DNA of 64,000 nt from Vulcanimicrobiota bacterium (lineage in GTDB: Bacteria; Vulcanimicrobiota; Xenobia; Xenobiales; JADMJV01), in assembly GCA_050250895.1 (NCBI GenBank), contig JBFWNU010000002.1:192001-256000 (forward strand). The letters are read 5' to 3'. Below are positions 29,447-39,456 of the stretch, piece by piece. Both the position numbers and the translations under genes were made by a program. How positions within the stretch are numbered: the first letter of the stretch is position 1; every line of letters starts with the position of its first letter. Under the pieces are notes generated by a model. The model did no database searches, was not told the DNA's origin, and saw only the letters and a program-made list of their open reading frames with translations.

Positions 29447-31109
29447 CGCTTTCCTCCATCATGAACAGTTGCTCGAGGCCGGCCACCGACTCCACCACCC
29501 AGTCGGCCCCGGCCCCACGCAGAGTCTCTTCGCTCTGGTTGGTGGTCACGGCCAGGGCTGTTAGGCCGGCGGCTTTGCCGGCGGCGATATCGTCCACCGA
29601 GTTGCCCACATAGTAGCCGCCCGCCAGGCCGTGGCGCGAGAGAAGGTCGAGCAACCCGTCGGGAGCCGGTTTGGGGCGCCCCGGGCGGTCGCCTTTGCAG
29701 AGCACTTCCTCAAACAGCCCGTCGAGGCGCTCGCCCCACACCGGAGCATACTCGGGGCGAGGCCGTCCGGTATAGACAAACAGCCGGTGGCGGCGGGCCA
29801 GCCGAGATAGCGATTCAGGCAAAAAGAGGGCTTTCTCGACCTGAGGAGCCAGTTCAAGATAGTGGGCCTGACCACGCCGTTCTACCTCGGCCAGCTCCAC
29901 GGGCGTCCCGCGGCGGCGCAGCAGTTCGGCGGTGGCCTCCCAGTCGTCGTTGAAACCGCCCTCGCGACGCAGGGCCGACAGCTCTGCGGCGGTCGCTCCC
30001 GAAAGCTCGAGGATGCAGCGGTCATAGCTCTCGGAGGTATCCACCAGCGTATCGTCCAGGTCGAATATCAGAGCCATGCGCCGGCCGAATTCTTCGAGCA
30101 CGCCGAGAAACTTCTCCATCTCGGCCGGGCTGCCCACCGACACCCGCACCGAGCCGCCCATGCGGGCCAACTGCGATCGGTCCCTGACCAGAATGCCGTG
30201 GTCGCGCATGAAGGCCTCGAGCTTGGGGGCGTCGGGGCCGGCCCAGAGCACGAAGAAGTTGGCCTCTCCCTCGGTCACCCGATAGCCCAGTTCGCGCACC
30301 CGAGCCAGCACTCGCTGCTTGAGCTGCATGGTCTGCTCGGCATAGCTGACCACCCGCTGGCGGTGGGGCAGCATCTCGAGCAAGGTCTTGACGGCCAGGC
30401 TATTGACCGAATAAGGCGAGCGCACCCGCCGCATCCATTCGATCACCTGGGGGTGGCCCACCAGATAGCCCAGGCGCAGGCCGGCCAGGCCCCAGGCCTT
30501 GGAGAAGGTGCGGCTCACCACCAGGTTGTCGGCCTCGAGCTCGAGGGCAGTCTGACCGCAATACTCGAAATAGGCCTCGTCGATGACGAACAACGTCTGC
30601 CGAAAACGCTCCAGCCAGCCGGCCAGCCGGGCCTGGGGCAGCATGGCTCCGGTGGGGTTGTCGGGCGAGGCCAGGATGGCCATCTTGGCGCCGGGTAGGG
30701 CGGCCTCGAGGCCGTCCAGGTCAAAGGTCAGGTCGGGGCACACCACCACCTCGGCCAGTTCGGCCCCGCATAGCTGCAGCGAGTGGGGAATGAGCGAGAA
30801 GGTCGGAGCCGACACTACCGCTTTTTCGCCTGGCTCGACGAAAGTAAAAGCGGCCACGAACAGTCCTTCGTCGCTGCCGTTGGTGATGAGCAGGCGCTCC
30901 TGGTCGAGGCCCAGCCAGCTGGCCAGGTGGTCGAGCAGCAACTGATATTCGGGATAGGCGGCTAAAAGCGAACTCTCGAGGCCGGGCAAAAGCTCGGGAA
31001 AGCCGGCGGTGTTCTCGTTGAAGTCCAGCCGAATGGCCTGGCGTCGTCCTTCGAGGGGCGGCCGGTAGGCCTTCATCGCCTGGACGGTGGCTCGAGCCTG
31101 GGGAATCAA
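29439..31109 (-). CDS. hisC: Histidinol-phosphate aminotransferase fused to a C-terminal HAD phosphatase
   Basis: LDFNEN, PDNPTG, DEAYFEY, RTFSKAWGLAGLRLG; then HAD motif I FDLDDTLVD, KPAPD and GNSVDD. Confidence 0.92.
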   Translation of the reverse strand: MIPQARATVQAMKAYRPPLEGRRQAIRLDFNENTAGFPELLPGLESSLLAAYPEYQLLLDHLASWLGLDQERLLITNGSDEGLFVAAFTFVEPGEKAVVSAPTFSLIPHSLQLCGAELAEVVVCPDLTFDLDGLEAALPGAKMAILASPDNPTGAMLPQARLAGWLERFRQTLFVIDEAYFEYCGQTALELEADNLVVSRTFSKAWGLAGLRLGYLVGHPQVIEWMRRVRSPYSVNSLAVKTLLEMLPHRQRVVSYAEQTMQLKQRVLARVRELGYRVTEGEANFFVLWAGPDAPKLEAFMRDHGILVRDRSQLARMGGSVRVSVGSPAEMEKFLGVLEEFGRRMALIFDLDDTLVDTSESYDRCILELSGATAAELSALRREGGFNDDWEATAELLRRRGTPVELAEVERRGQAHYLELAPQVEKALFLPESLSRLARRHRLFVYTGRPRPEYAPVWGERLDGLFEEVLCKGDRPGRPKPAPDGLLDLLSRHGLAGGYYVGNSVDDIAAGKAAGLTALAVTTNQSEETLRGAGADWVVESVAGLEQLFMMEESDA

Positions 31110-31981
31110 AGAACGATCTTCTCCAGTTGGTATTCGAGGATGTCGGTGGCTCCCAGGGCCAGCAGCCGTGGAATCAAGCTGGGAGTCTCTTTCTTGGGCA
31201 CGGCCACTTTAACGGCAAAGCCTTTCTCGCCGTAGAGCGGTGAAACGGTGGGGCTGCGCATGGCCGGTAGCTCGGCGATGAGCTGCTCCATCTTGTCGGA
31301 GGGCACGTTCATCTCCAGCAGCACGCGCCGTTCGGCCTCGAGGGTGGCCTTGATCAACATGGTCAAGCGCTCGAGCTTATCCCGCTTGGCCGCGTCTTCG
31401 TAGAGGCCGCGATGGGCCACCAGGCGGGTGGTCGAGCGCAGCAGGGTGTCGATGATGACCAGGCGGTTGGAGACCAGGGTGGCTCCGGTCGAGGTGTTGT
31501 CGACGATCATGTCGGCATCTTCTGGCGGCAGCGCTTCGGTGGCCCCGAAGGTCTTGACGAAGACGGCTTCCAGCTTCTTTTGCTCGAGGTAGCGTTGCGT
31601 CAGCCGCTCGTATTCCGAAGCCACCACGATCGGCGAGGGGGCGCGCAGTTCTCCGTCCACCAGCAGGGCTTCGGGCACGGCGGCCACCAGACGCACCGGG
31701 TTAAAGCCCAGGTCCATCACTTCGATCAGGTTCGAGTCGGGTCCATCCAGGCCCAATTCGACCATCCAGTCGTGACCGACAAATCCGACGTCGTGGCGAC
31801 CGAGGTTGACCAGAGCCGCGATGTTCTGGGGTTTCAAGAACTTGGCTTCGACTTCGGGGTCCGAACAGGTGGGTCGGTAAGAGCGGGACCCAAACGAGAA
31901 TTCAACTCCCACCCGGGCCAGCAGCGCCAGCACCTTGTCCTGCAGCCGACCTTTGGGCAACAGCATCTGCAAACAAGTCAT
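31106..31981 (-). CDS. hisG: ATP phosphoribosyltransferase, long form
   Basis: LPKGRL, GATE, IVDNTSTGATL; C-terminal regulatory domain (PAMRSPTVSPL). Confidence 0.95.
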   Translation of the reverse strand: MTCLQMLLPKGRLQDKVLALLARVGVEFSFGSRSYRPTCSDPEVEAKFLKPQNIAALVNLGRHDVGFVGHDWMVELGLDGPDSNLIEVMDLGFNPVRLVAAVPEALLVDGELRAPSPIVVASEYERLTQRYLEQKKLEAVFVKTFGATEALPPEDADMIVDNTSTGATLVSNRLVIIDTLLRSTTRLVAHRGLYEDAAKRDKLERLTMLIKATLEAERRVLLEMNVPSDKMEQLIAELPAMRSPTVSPLYGEKGFAVKVAVPKKETPSLIPRLLALGATDILEYQLEKIVL

Positions 31982-32074
31982 ACCGTCACGCGTTCGCTCA
32001 CATCGCCCACCCACCCCGCCAGCATAGGGCAAAATTTAGGGGTGTTTTCAGGCCGGGGCGGTAGGCTCGCAGGC

Positions 32075-33112
32075 ATGAAGGTGCAGGGCTCTGTTCGGTT
32101 ACCCTCGGGAGCGAGGGTCTGGGCAGAGGATAAAGGGACGATGGTTGGCAACGATCAGGGTCAGCAACGGCTCGACCGGGTCGACTTGAAGCTCGCGGAT
32201 GGGCGGTCGTTCATCGTGGGCAAACGCCAGCAGATCGAGGTCCTCGGTCGCGGGCAACTGGCCATCGGCCAGCCGGGAGCCGCGCCCGAATACCACCTTA
32301 TCAATGGCCGACTGCTCACCAGGATGGGAGAGCTGGCCATCGAGTTCGCGCCCACCCAGCACCAGACATTTCGAGGTTTTGACCGCGAGGTCGCCCCGCT
32401 GGTGCCGGCTCCCTATTTGCCCGTCCACGCCGGAGAAGTGAGCTATGCTTCGACCGCGTCCAATTTGACTCGGCTGGCCGGCAAGGGCCTGGGATACATC
32501 GGCATGGCCCGCTTCCCCCTGGCGGCCGCGGCGGGGGCGCTGACCTGGTATCAGACCGATTTCGTGCCGGGCCTGGTGGTTGCCGCTGGCACTGTCCTGG
32601 CCGCCTCGGCCCTGACGCTGGCCGGTCAGACGATGGTCGAGCGAACGCCGGGAACCACCATCGAACTCAAGCTGCACGGACTGCCGGGCACGCTGGTTCG
32701 GTCCGGCCACGGTCGCTGGGAACAGTGGACCGCCGCCGCGCCCTCGGCCGGCCATACCCGCAACATCGACAATCGCCTGCTCGAACTCGAGTTGAACCTG
32801 GTCAACGGCGTGCGGCTGACGGGTCATCCGAACGGTGTGACCATTTCGGACGGCCGCCGGCAGGTCGAGGTTCCCGAAGGCCGGCTGGCTTTGCAAGACG
32901 GCAAGCCCGTCATCACCGAAGACCTCTGGACTATTGGTTTTGCCAACGATGGTAAGCTCGAGGTGCCCAAAGAGGCACCCGAGAACCTGAAGTTCCCTAA
33001 CTCCTACAAAGTGCTCTCTCTGAATGCCTCCCGCCCGCCTGACGGGTCGCTGGAAGGAACAGAGGAGGAGGTTCTGGTCAACGAGTTCTCGGTGGCCATC
33101 CGACCCGATTGA
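32075..33112 (+). CDS. Hypothetical protein with two central TM helices
   Basis: 3' part of the long ORF; ATG 7 nt after TAGGCT; divergent from hisG. Confidence 0.65.
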   Translation: MKVQGSVRLPSGARVWAEDKGTMVGNDQGQQRLDRVDLKLADGRSFIVGKRQQIEVLGRGQLAIGQPGAAPEYHLINGRLLTRMGELAIEFAPTQHQTFRGFDREVAPLVPAPYLPVHAGEVSYASTASNLTRLAGKGLGYIGMARFPLAAAAGALTWYQTDFVPGLVVAAGTVLAASALTLAGQTMVERTPGTTIELKLHGLPGTLVRSGHGRWEQWTAAAPSAGHTRNIDNRLLELELNLVNGVRLTGHPNGVTISDGRRQVEVPEGRLALQDGKPVITEDLWTIGFANDGKLEVPKEAPENLKFPNSYKVLSLNASRPPDGSLEGTEEEVLVNEFSVAIRPD

Positions 33113-34500
33113 TGAGCATCGTCCGATTTCCCCCCCTGGCCCTGCGGGCTGCCGTGGCCGCTCGACCCACGCCGAGTTTCAACGATGACGAGGGAGACCT
33201 CACTCTCGAGCGCCTGGCCAACAGTGCGCCGCCCACCATCTCGGCCAGCGCTCCCATCGCCCGAGCCGAACTGCCGTCGATGGGTGGGCGGGTCGAGTTT
33301 GACTCCAAAGCTTCGAAGCCCGGCTGGAGGACCCTGGCTATCGCCGGGGCGCTGCTGGGGCTGGCCACCGCCGGTCAACTGAGTGGACTGACGCCGGCCC
33401 CCGAGATTAGCCGAATGCTTGGCGACGAGTTGATCCACTCCTACGACGAGTTGGCCTCGGTGGGTCAGTTCGACCTGCGCGATCCCCTCGATGCCAACCA
33501 GGCCTTTCGCAAGATTCACTGGAGCGAGAGCTACTACAGCCGCGTCGGCTACACTCCCGAAGGATTTGAGCGAGTCCTACTGAGCGGTCACGAGCAGGTG
33601 CGTCAGGCGGCCGACTATCTCTTGCGCGCAAAGACCAGTCTGACTGCCGATCAGCTCGAGGTGGTGAAGCGGGTGGCTTCGACCCAGCCCGCCTGGTCCA
33701 AAGACGGCCTGGCGGCCGTGCTCGCCCTGCAAGCGAAACAGGCTATTCGTTATCAGCTCGACCAGACTGGTAACCAATACGTAGACTTGCGCAATTTCGA
33801 GGACTTCGAACTGGCCGACGCCCTCTTCCTCAACACGCCCAACGGGCGAGTCGATCCCGCCCTGGCCAGGGCCCTGGTGACCCTCCAGCGCGGTTCGTCG
33901 AGCACCTACTATAACGGTGCCTTCTATAATCTCCAGCGGATCGAGCGCGGTGAGGGCATGTATTACTCTTACCGCGGTGGGGCCTTCAACCTCGATTACG
34001 AGTTCCGTCCGAAGACCGCCGAGGAAGTGATCGACCTGGCGCGCCGGTTCGAACAGCAGGCCGAAGCGGACCGCTATCGCCCTTCACCCGAGCGGATCCA
34101 AAAGGTCATCGAGCCGCTTTTCGAGTCGACCAACTCGGTCTATCGAGCCACCTCGCAGCAGTTGGACGCTCTCGAGGGCGTGTCCGGATTGCCGGCCGAC
34201 AAGCTGCAGCAGGCCCGCCAGACGATGGATGAGCTCGAGGCCAAGCTCACCGAACTGCGCGGCCTGTTTGACCGGCAAGAAGAGGGGACCCAGACGCGCA
34301 TGCACGAGTTGATCCTGCAGTTGACCTCGACCAAGATTCCGGGTGAGAGCGAGTGGTGGAACCCCTGGAACGAAACCCGCAGTCGCTCGGCCGCCCGCAG
34401 TCTCCAAACCCTGGACCGGCTGTCCGAGAGCCTCAAGCGTCCCGAGGCTCCGGCAGGCTGGCGGCCGGCACCCGACTTGATCGAGTTCGGAGGGCGCTAG
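33109..34500 (+). CDS. Hypothetical protein (one TM, helical/coiled-coil)
   Basis: 463-aa ORF overlapping the upstream stop codon. Confidence 0.7.
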   Translation: MMSIVRFPPLALRAAVAARPTPSFNDDEGDLTLERLANSAPPTISASAPIARAELPSMGGRVEFDSKASKPGWRTLAIAGALLGLATAGQLSGLTPAPEISRMLGDELIHSYDELASVGQFDLRDPLDANQAFRKIHWSESYYSRVGYTPEGFERVLLSGHEQVRQAADYLLRAKTSLTADQLEVVKRVASTQPAWSKDGLAAVLALQAKQAIRYQLDQTGNQYVDLRNFEDFELADALFLNTPNGRVDPALARALVTLQRGSSSTYYNGAFYNLQRIERGEGMYYSYRGGAFNLDYEFRPKTAEEVIDLARRFEQQAEADRYRPSPERIQKVIEPLFESTNSVYRATSQQLDALEGVSGLPADKLQQARQTMDELEAKLTELRGLFDRQEEGTQTRMHELILQLTSTKIPGESEWWNPWNETRSRSAARSLQTLDRLSESLKRPEAPAGWRPAPDLIEFGGR

Positions 34501-34524
34501 TCGCCGCTGGGGGAATGCCCGGCC

Positions 34525-35916
34525 ATGGTCTTCGCCAGTGACGAGTTTCTGCTGTTCTTGCCGCTGGTGTTTATCCTCCACTGGCTGCTTCGCTCGGCTC
34601 GAGGCCAGAATCTCTGTCTGCTGTTCGCCAGCTATGTCTTCTACGGTTGGTGGGACTGGCGCTTTCTCGGACTGCTGCTGCTGAGCTCGGTGGGCGACTA
34701 CCTCATTGGTCGGCGACTGGTAACAACCGCCCAGGACCAGCGCAAACCCTGGCTGCTGGCCAGCCTGGCCCTCAACCTCGGCATCCTCGGGTTCTTCAAG
34801 TATTTCAACTTCTTCATCGACTCGGCCGCACGTTTACTGGGGGCGCTCCACCTTCAACCGAACCTGCCGCTGCTTTCCGTGGTGCTGCCGGTGGGGATCA
34901 GCTTCTATACCTTTCAGACCCTGAGCTACACCATCGACCTCTACTATCGCCGTTGCGAACCGGCCGAGAACCTGCTCGAGTTCTGCACCTTCGTAGCCTT
35001 CTTTCCCCAGTTGGTGGCCGGCCCCATCGAGCGGGCGCGCCATCTGCTGGGCCAGTTCCGCCAGCCCCGCACCTTCGACTACCATCAGGCCGCCGAGGGC
35101 TTTCGGTTGATGCTATGGGGCTTCTTCAAGAAGTTGGTGGTGGCCGACAATTGCGCGGTGGTGGTGGATCAGGTCTTCGCCGATTCGACTTTGCACGGGG
35201 GGCCACTGGTATTGGGCGTGGTGCTCTTCGCCTTTCAGATCTACGCGGATTTTTCTGGCTATTCGGATCTCGCCATCGGCACGGCCAGACTCTTTTCCAT
35301 CGACATCTGCACCAATTTCCGCAGTCCCTACCTGGCTCGCGACCTGCATGAGTTCTGGCAACGATGGCATATCAGCCTGTCCACCTGGTTCCGCGACTAT
35401 GTCTACATCCCCCTGGGAGGCAACCGCCAGAGCAAGAGCCGCAATCTGGTGCTGACCTTCTTGCTCAGCGGTCTCTGGCATGGCGCCAACTGGACCTTCG
35501 TGGCCTGGGGACTGCTCCACGGCCTGGCCTATTTGGCCTGGCCTGCCCGCGACCCCCAGAGGGCAGTCCAAGGGCGCGATCTGCCGGCCATCTTGGCCAC
35601 CTTCGCCTTCGTCAACCTGGCCTGGGTTTTCTTTCGCGCCGAGAGCCTGCCCGAGGCCTTGAGCTATCTGGCTCGCATCACCCTGGCCGGCGGGCAGTTC
35701 ACCCCGCTGCTTTCCGAGACGCTCAACTGCGCGCTGATCGGAGTGGTCATCCTGTGGCTTTGCGAATGGCTTACACGGCCTCGCACCTATCCGCTGGAAG
35801 GCCTGGACCGGTGCCATTTTACCGTGCGCTGGCTGGTCTATCTGGTGCTCATCAACGTCACCTATCTGGTCGGTAACCTGGGTTCTTCCTATGACTTCAT
35901 CTACTTCCAGTTTTAA
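34525..35916 (+). CDS. MBOAT family O-acyltransferase (AlgI/DltB-like)
   Basis: PVGISFYTFQ, FFPQLVAGPI, DFSGYSD, FWQRWHISL, GLWHGA, C-terminal FIYFQF. Confidence 0.95.
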   Translation: MVFASDEFLLFLPLVFILHWLLRSARGQNLCLLFASYVFYGWWDWRFLGLLLLSSVGDYLIGRRLVTTAQDQRKPWLLASLALNLGILGFFKYFNFFIDSAARLLGALHLQPNLPLLSVVLPVGISFYTFQTLSYTIDLYYRRCEPAENLLEFCTFVAFFPQLVAGPIERARHLLGQFRQPRTFDYHQAAEGFRLMLWGFFKKLVVADNCAVVVDQVFADSTLHGGPLVLGVVLFAFQIYADFSGYSDLAIGTARLFSIDICTNFRSPYLARDLHEFWQRWHISLSTWFRDYVYIPLGGNRQSKSRNLVLTFLLSGLWHGANWTFVAWGLLHGLAYLAWPARDPQRAVQGRDLPAILATFAFVNLAWVFFRAESLPEALSYLARITLAGGQFTPLLSETLNCALIGVVILWLCEWLTRPRTYPLEGLDRCHFTVRWLVYLVLINVTYLVGNLGSSYDFIYFQF

Positions 35917-36799
35917 GCCGGTTCTCTATCGCGGTCTGGTGCTGGCCCTTCTCTTCGGACTGGCCAACGGGCTGGCCTATGGGCCCGTGCGCCGGCTCGT
36001 CATCCTGCCGGTCGAAGGCCGCCAGCAGATGATGCAGCGTTTCAAGCCGCGTCGCATCGCGCTGGGCGATTCGCACTTTGCGGCCCTCAACCTCAGCGGC
36101 GAGGGGATGCTCAATCTCGCCCAGGCAGGCGATAGTTTTGCCGAGATGCGGGCTAAACTCAACTACTGTCTCGAGCAGGGCTTTCCCCTCGAGGCTGTGC
36201 TCTTGCAGGTCGACTACCACAGCTTTTCGGGAGGGCGTTCGATCCGCAACAACCTGCAGCAGGGCGTCCTCTACACCAATCCTGATTCCTATCACAAGAT
36301 CTACGGAGGAGGTCCTTTGGAGTATCTCAAGGCCACCCGGTTTTATCCGGTGGTTCCACTGGCCAACCCCGTCAATGCCCGGTTGACCCGCCGCTACTTC
36401 ATCAATAAGCTCGACCCCGAAGTGATCCCCGTCTGGGAAAGCGCTGCTCCCGAGGTGCGGCGTGAGTTTGCCGAAGCTCGCTTTCGGGTCAACTTCAGCC
36501 GACCTTTCGATCCCGCTCAAAAAGCGCAATTCCTGGGATTGGTGGAGGATTGTCGCCGGGCCAATCTGAGGGTGGTGGGGGCAACCTGCCCTTTAAGCCC
36601 CTATTATCGCCGGTTGGTCGAGGGTAGCGACGAGCTGGTTCTAGCTCGCCAGGCCATCGCCGAGAGCGGCCTGGAGGTCATCGACCTGATGGCCCGCTAC
36701 GACGACCCGGCCGCCTTCAACGATCCGGACCACCTGCTCGGCCGAGGCGAACCGGCCCGCGAGGTTCAGCAACTCTTGCTGCAAAGGCTCTCTCCCTAG
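35891..36799 (+). CDS. SGNH/DltD-like partner of the MBOAT
   Basis: N-terminal TM; GDSH and DPDHL motifs; overlaps the MBOAT 3' end. Confidence 0.7.
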   Translation: MTSSTSSFKPVLYRGLVLALLFGLANGLAYGPVRRLVILPVEGRQQMMQRFKPRRIALGDSHFAALNLSGEGMLNLAQAGDSFAEMRAKLNYCLEQGFPLEAVLLQVDYHSFSGGRSIRNNLQQGVLYTNPDSYHKIYGGGPLEYLKATRFYPVVPLANPVNARLTRRYFINKLDPEVIPVWESAAPEVRREFAEARFRVNFSRPFDPAQKAQFLGLVEDCRRANLRVVGATCPLSPYYRRLVEGSDELVLARQAIAESGLEVIDLMARYDDPAAFNDPDHLLGRGEPAREVQQLLLQRLSP

Positions 36800-37626
36800 C
36801 CTTCGAGCTGGCGCAGTCGTTCTTCCAGACGGCGCCGTTGGCGTTCAGCGTCGGCCAGAGCGGCATCCCTGTCAGCCAGAGCCTCGTCCTTCGCGGCTAG
36901 GGCCTGTTCTTTAGCGGCCACGGTCGCTCCAAGTTCGGCCAGAGCTTCGTCCTTCTCGGCCAGAGCCTGATCCTTCTCCGCCAGAGCCTGCTCCTTCTCC
37001 GCCAGAGCCTGCTCCTTCTCCGCCAGAGCCTGTTCTTTGACGGCCACGGTCGCTCCAAGTGCAGCCGCTCGCTCGGTGGGAGTCGCCAATAAACTGCCGT
37101 TAGGCCCCATCAGGCGCAACTGGTCGTCCATGATTACCAACTCCAGGCCGAGAGTCTCCAAAACGAGCTTGCCGACCACCGGCACGTAGGTCTCGCCGGC
37201 CAGGCGCAACAGACGCAGGCGCGGTTCGAGATACTCCTGGCGAGGGTCAAACAGCACATACTCCTGCACGCCCATCGAGGCGTAGAGGCGGTGCTTTTTG
37301 CCCAGGTCTTCTTTGCGCGTCGAGGCCGAGGTGACCTCGAAGACCACATCGGGTGCTTTGCCTTCGCGCCAGAGCAGGTAGTGGTTGCGCACGCGCTTGT
37401 CGATGCCTTTGACCACCAGCACGTCGGGAGCGAGGTGCTTGCGTTTGTCGCCCTGCTGATAGAACAGCAAGATGTTGCCCGACACGTAGACCTGGGGGTC
37501 GTCGCCAAAGTGGTCGGAGAGGGTCTGGATCAGCAAAACCATCTGGTCGCGATGGAGGTCAGTCTCGGCCATCGGCTTGCCGTCGCTGGTCGGGTATTGG
37601 AGATCTTCTGGATGGATGTCTAGCAT
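36796..37626 (-). CDS. Uma2-family PD-(D/E)XK endonuclease with coiled-coil tail
   Basis: SDGKPMAETDLH, APDV, EVTSAST..D..K, EYVLFDP. Confidence 0.9.
   Translation of the reverse strand: MLDIHPEDLQYPTSDGKPMAETDLHRDQMVLLIQTLSDHFGDDPQVYVSGNILLFYQQGDKRKHLAPDVLVVKGIDKRVRNHYLLWREGKAPDVVFEVTSASTRKEDLGKKHRLYASMGVQEYVLFDPRQEYLEPRLRLLRLAGETYVPVVGKLVLETLGLELVIMDDQLRLMGPNGSLLATPTERAAALGATVAVKEQALAEKEQALAEKEQALAEKDQALAEKDEALAELGATVAAKEQALAAKDEALADRDAALADAERQRRRLEERLRQLEG
36938..37040. repeat. 21-bp coding tandem repeat (about 5 copies; ALAEKEQ heptads)
   Basis: GCCAGAGCCTGCTCCTTCTCC units, flanked by duplicated CGGCCACGGTCGCTCCAAGT at 36915 and 37041. Confidence 0.85.
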
Positions 37627-37770
37627 CGCTCTTCCTCACTCTGGTTGGTCTCATCCTACCACAGTAGGGGCCGGATGGCGAAAGAGTCTGGCCTCAAAGG
37701 CGATCGAGTTGCAAACTCATGGACGGTCGAGTTTCGAACTGCCGCACGAGGGCGTGTTGGGCCTAAACGA

Positions 37771-39456
37771 TCACTCGATGGCGCCTTTGAGAGCCTCGTA
37801 GGCAGCCTGGATGTTCTTATGGCGCGAACTCGGCTCTTTGGCAATCATCTTTAACACGGCCGCGTCGAGTTCTTCCGAGAGGTTCGGCTTCCACTCGCGC
37901 ACCGATACGGGGGGTTCGTTGAGGTGCTTCATGACCAGTCCCATCGGGTCACCGTCGCTCTCGAAGGGCAGCCGCCCCGACAGCATTTCGTAGGCCATCA
38001 CGCCCAGCGAATACTGATCGGCATAGGGGGTTACCACTCCGCCCGTGAATTGCTCGGGCGGCATGTAGGCGAGCGTCCCCAGGGCGTCGCCGGTCTGGGT
38101 CACTTTGTGGTCGGAACGGTCGCCTTTGGCCAGACCCAGGTCCATGATCTTGATGAGGCCGTTCTTGGTGACCATGATGTTGGAGGGCTTGAGGTCGCGG
38201 TGGACGATGCCCTTCTTGTGCGAGTGGTTCAGGCCCTGACAGATGCCCTCCATATAGGTGAGGAACTCTTGGGGTTCGAGGGCCTTCTGTTCGTCGAGGA
38301 TGTCGCCCAGGGTCTGACCGTCGACCAGTTCCATCACCATGTAGAGAGCTCCGCCCTCCTGCCCCCAGTCGACCAGACGCACCACGTTGCGGTGGTCGAG
38401 TTCTTGGCAGACCTGCACCTCGCGGTCAAAGCGCCGGCGAAAGTCGGGGTCTTCGGTGTATTCCTGGTTCATCAGCTTGATGGCTACCGCCGCCTTCTCG
38501 GCCGCCTCAGGCCCATTGGCCAGTTCGCTTTCGGGGATGGCTTTGTAGACCACGGCCATACCACCCGCTCCCAGGCGCCCCACCAGACGATAGGCCCCCA
38601 GCACCTTGCCCAGGTTGGGGTCCTCGCCGGTGAATTTTGACTCGTAGCCGTCAATGACGGCCAGGCGGGTTCGCTCGCGCTCGCGCTGGCGGCGAGCCGG
38701 GATGGCCCAAAGGGGAATGGCCACAAGAACGCCGAGGATGATGGCGTCGAGGGTGAACATGAGTCCAGGCTTGTACTGGTGCCAGTACAGAAATTGTTGA
38801 AGTCGAGCCGCCGGTGAACCCTGCGGCACCAAGTTCACGGCGGCCTTCTTGTAGGAGTAGCGCTCGCCAGAATTGTCCTCTGCCTCGAGTTCGCTGGTCG
38901 AGCCCGTATTCACGTTGACCTCGAGGTGGCCAGGTTGGTATCCGGAGCGCTCGAAGCGTAACTTGAGCGGAAGAAAGGTTCCGTCCGCCTGCTGTAGGTC
39001 TAAGCGATCGACCAACAAAGGGTTTTTCGAGAAACCCAGATTGGCCGTGTCCCGCGTCTTGTCTGAGGAAAATTCCTCGCGGTAGATTCGGGAATCCTCC
39101 GGGAACAGGTCGAAAGTAAGGCTGATACGACGGGGAAGAAGAGAGCATTTGAACTCTGTTTTTCCCAGGTCGTCTCGGCGCCAGCCAGTCAGGTAGGCGG
39201 GAAGCAAGAATTCGCGTTCTCCCGGACCTGGACGAACGATCAGCGTATAACGCTCCGGGACCGTCTCGCTGGGGATGACGAGTTGTTGGTCGGTGGTGCC
39301 GATGCGTTGCTCGCGAGTAGAGCCCTCGGGCAGTAGCAACACTGTAGCCGGCTCTCTCGTTCCCGAGACCTCTACGTCGACCGAGACCTCCTCTGCCCCC
39401 GCAGACGAAGCGACACAAGCCAGGCAAAGAAGAATTACGAGTAGCTCACGGCGCAT
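37771..39456 (-). CDS. Membrane Hanks-type Ser/Thr kinase with extracytoplasmic N-terminus
   Basis: Signal peptide, TM, GAGGMA, AIK, HRDLKPSN, DLG, GTLAYMPPE. Confidence 0.93.
   Translation of the reverse strand: MRRELLVILLCLACVASSAGAEEVSVDVEVSGTREPATVLLLPEGSTREQRIGTTDQQLVIPSETVPERYTLIVRPGPGEREFLLPAYLTGWRRDDLGKTEFKCSLLPRRISLTFDLFPEDSRIYREEFSSDKTRDTANLGFSKNPLLVDRLDLQQADGTFLPLKLRFERSGYQPGHLEVNVNTGSTSELEAEDNSGERYSYKKAAVNLVPQGSPAARLQQFLYWHQYKPGLMFTLDAIILGVLVAIPLWAIPARRQRERERTRLAVIDGYESKFTGEDPNLGKVLGAYRLVGRLGAGGMAVVYKAIPESELANGPEAAEKAAVAIKLMNQEYTEDPDFRRRFDREVQVCQELDHRNVVRLVDWGQEGGALYMVMELVDGQTLGDILDEQKALEPQEFLTYMEGICQGLNHSHKKGIVHRDLKPSNIMVTKNGLIKIMDLGLAKGDRSDHKVTQTGDALGTLAYMPPEQFTGGVVTPYADQYSLGVMAYEMLSGRLPFESDGDPMGLVMKHLNEPPVSVREWKPNLSEELDAAVLKMIAKEPSSRHKNIQAAYEALKGAIE

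Noticed and set aside
31412-32074. N-terminal part of the 566-aa + strand ORF
   Set aside because: Antisense to hisG; a leaderless-type start at 32075 fits better.
31982-32074. His attenuator, T-box or riboswitch upstream of hisG
   Set aside because: The region is short, with no His-codon run and no terminator/antiterminator structure.
36938-37040. CRISPR-like repeat array
   Set aside because: Repeats are contiguous, in-frame coding heptads with no spacers, and there are no cas genes.
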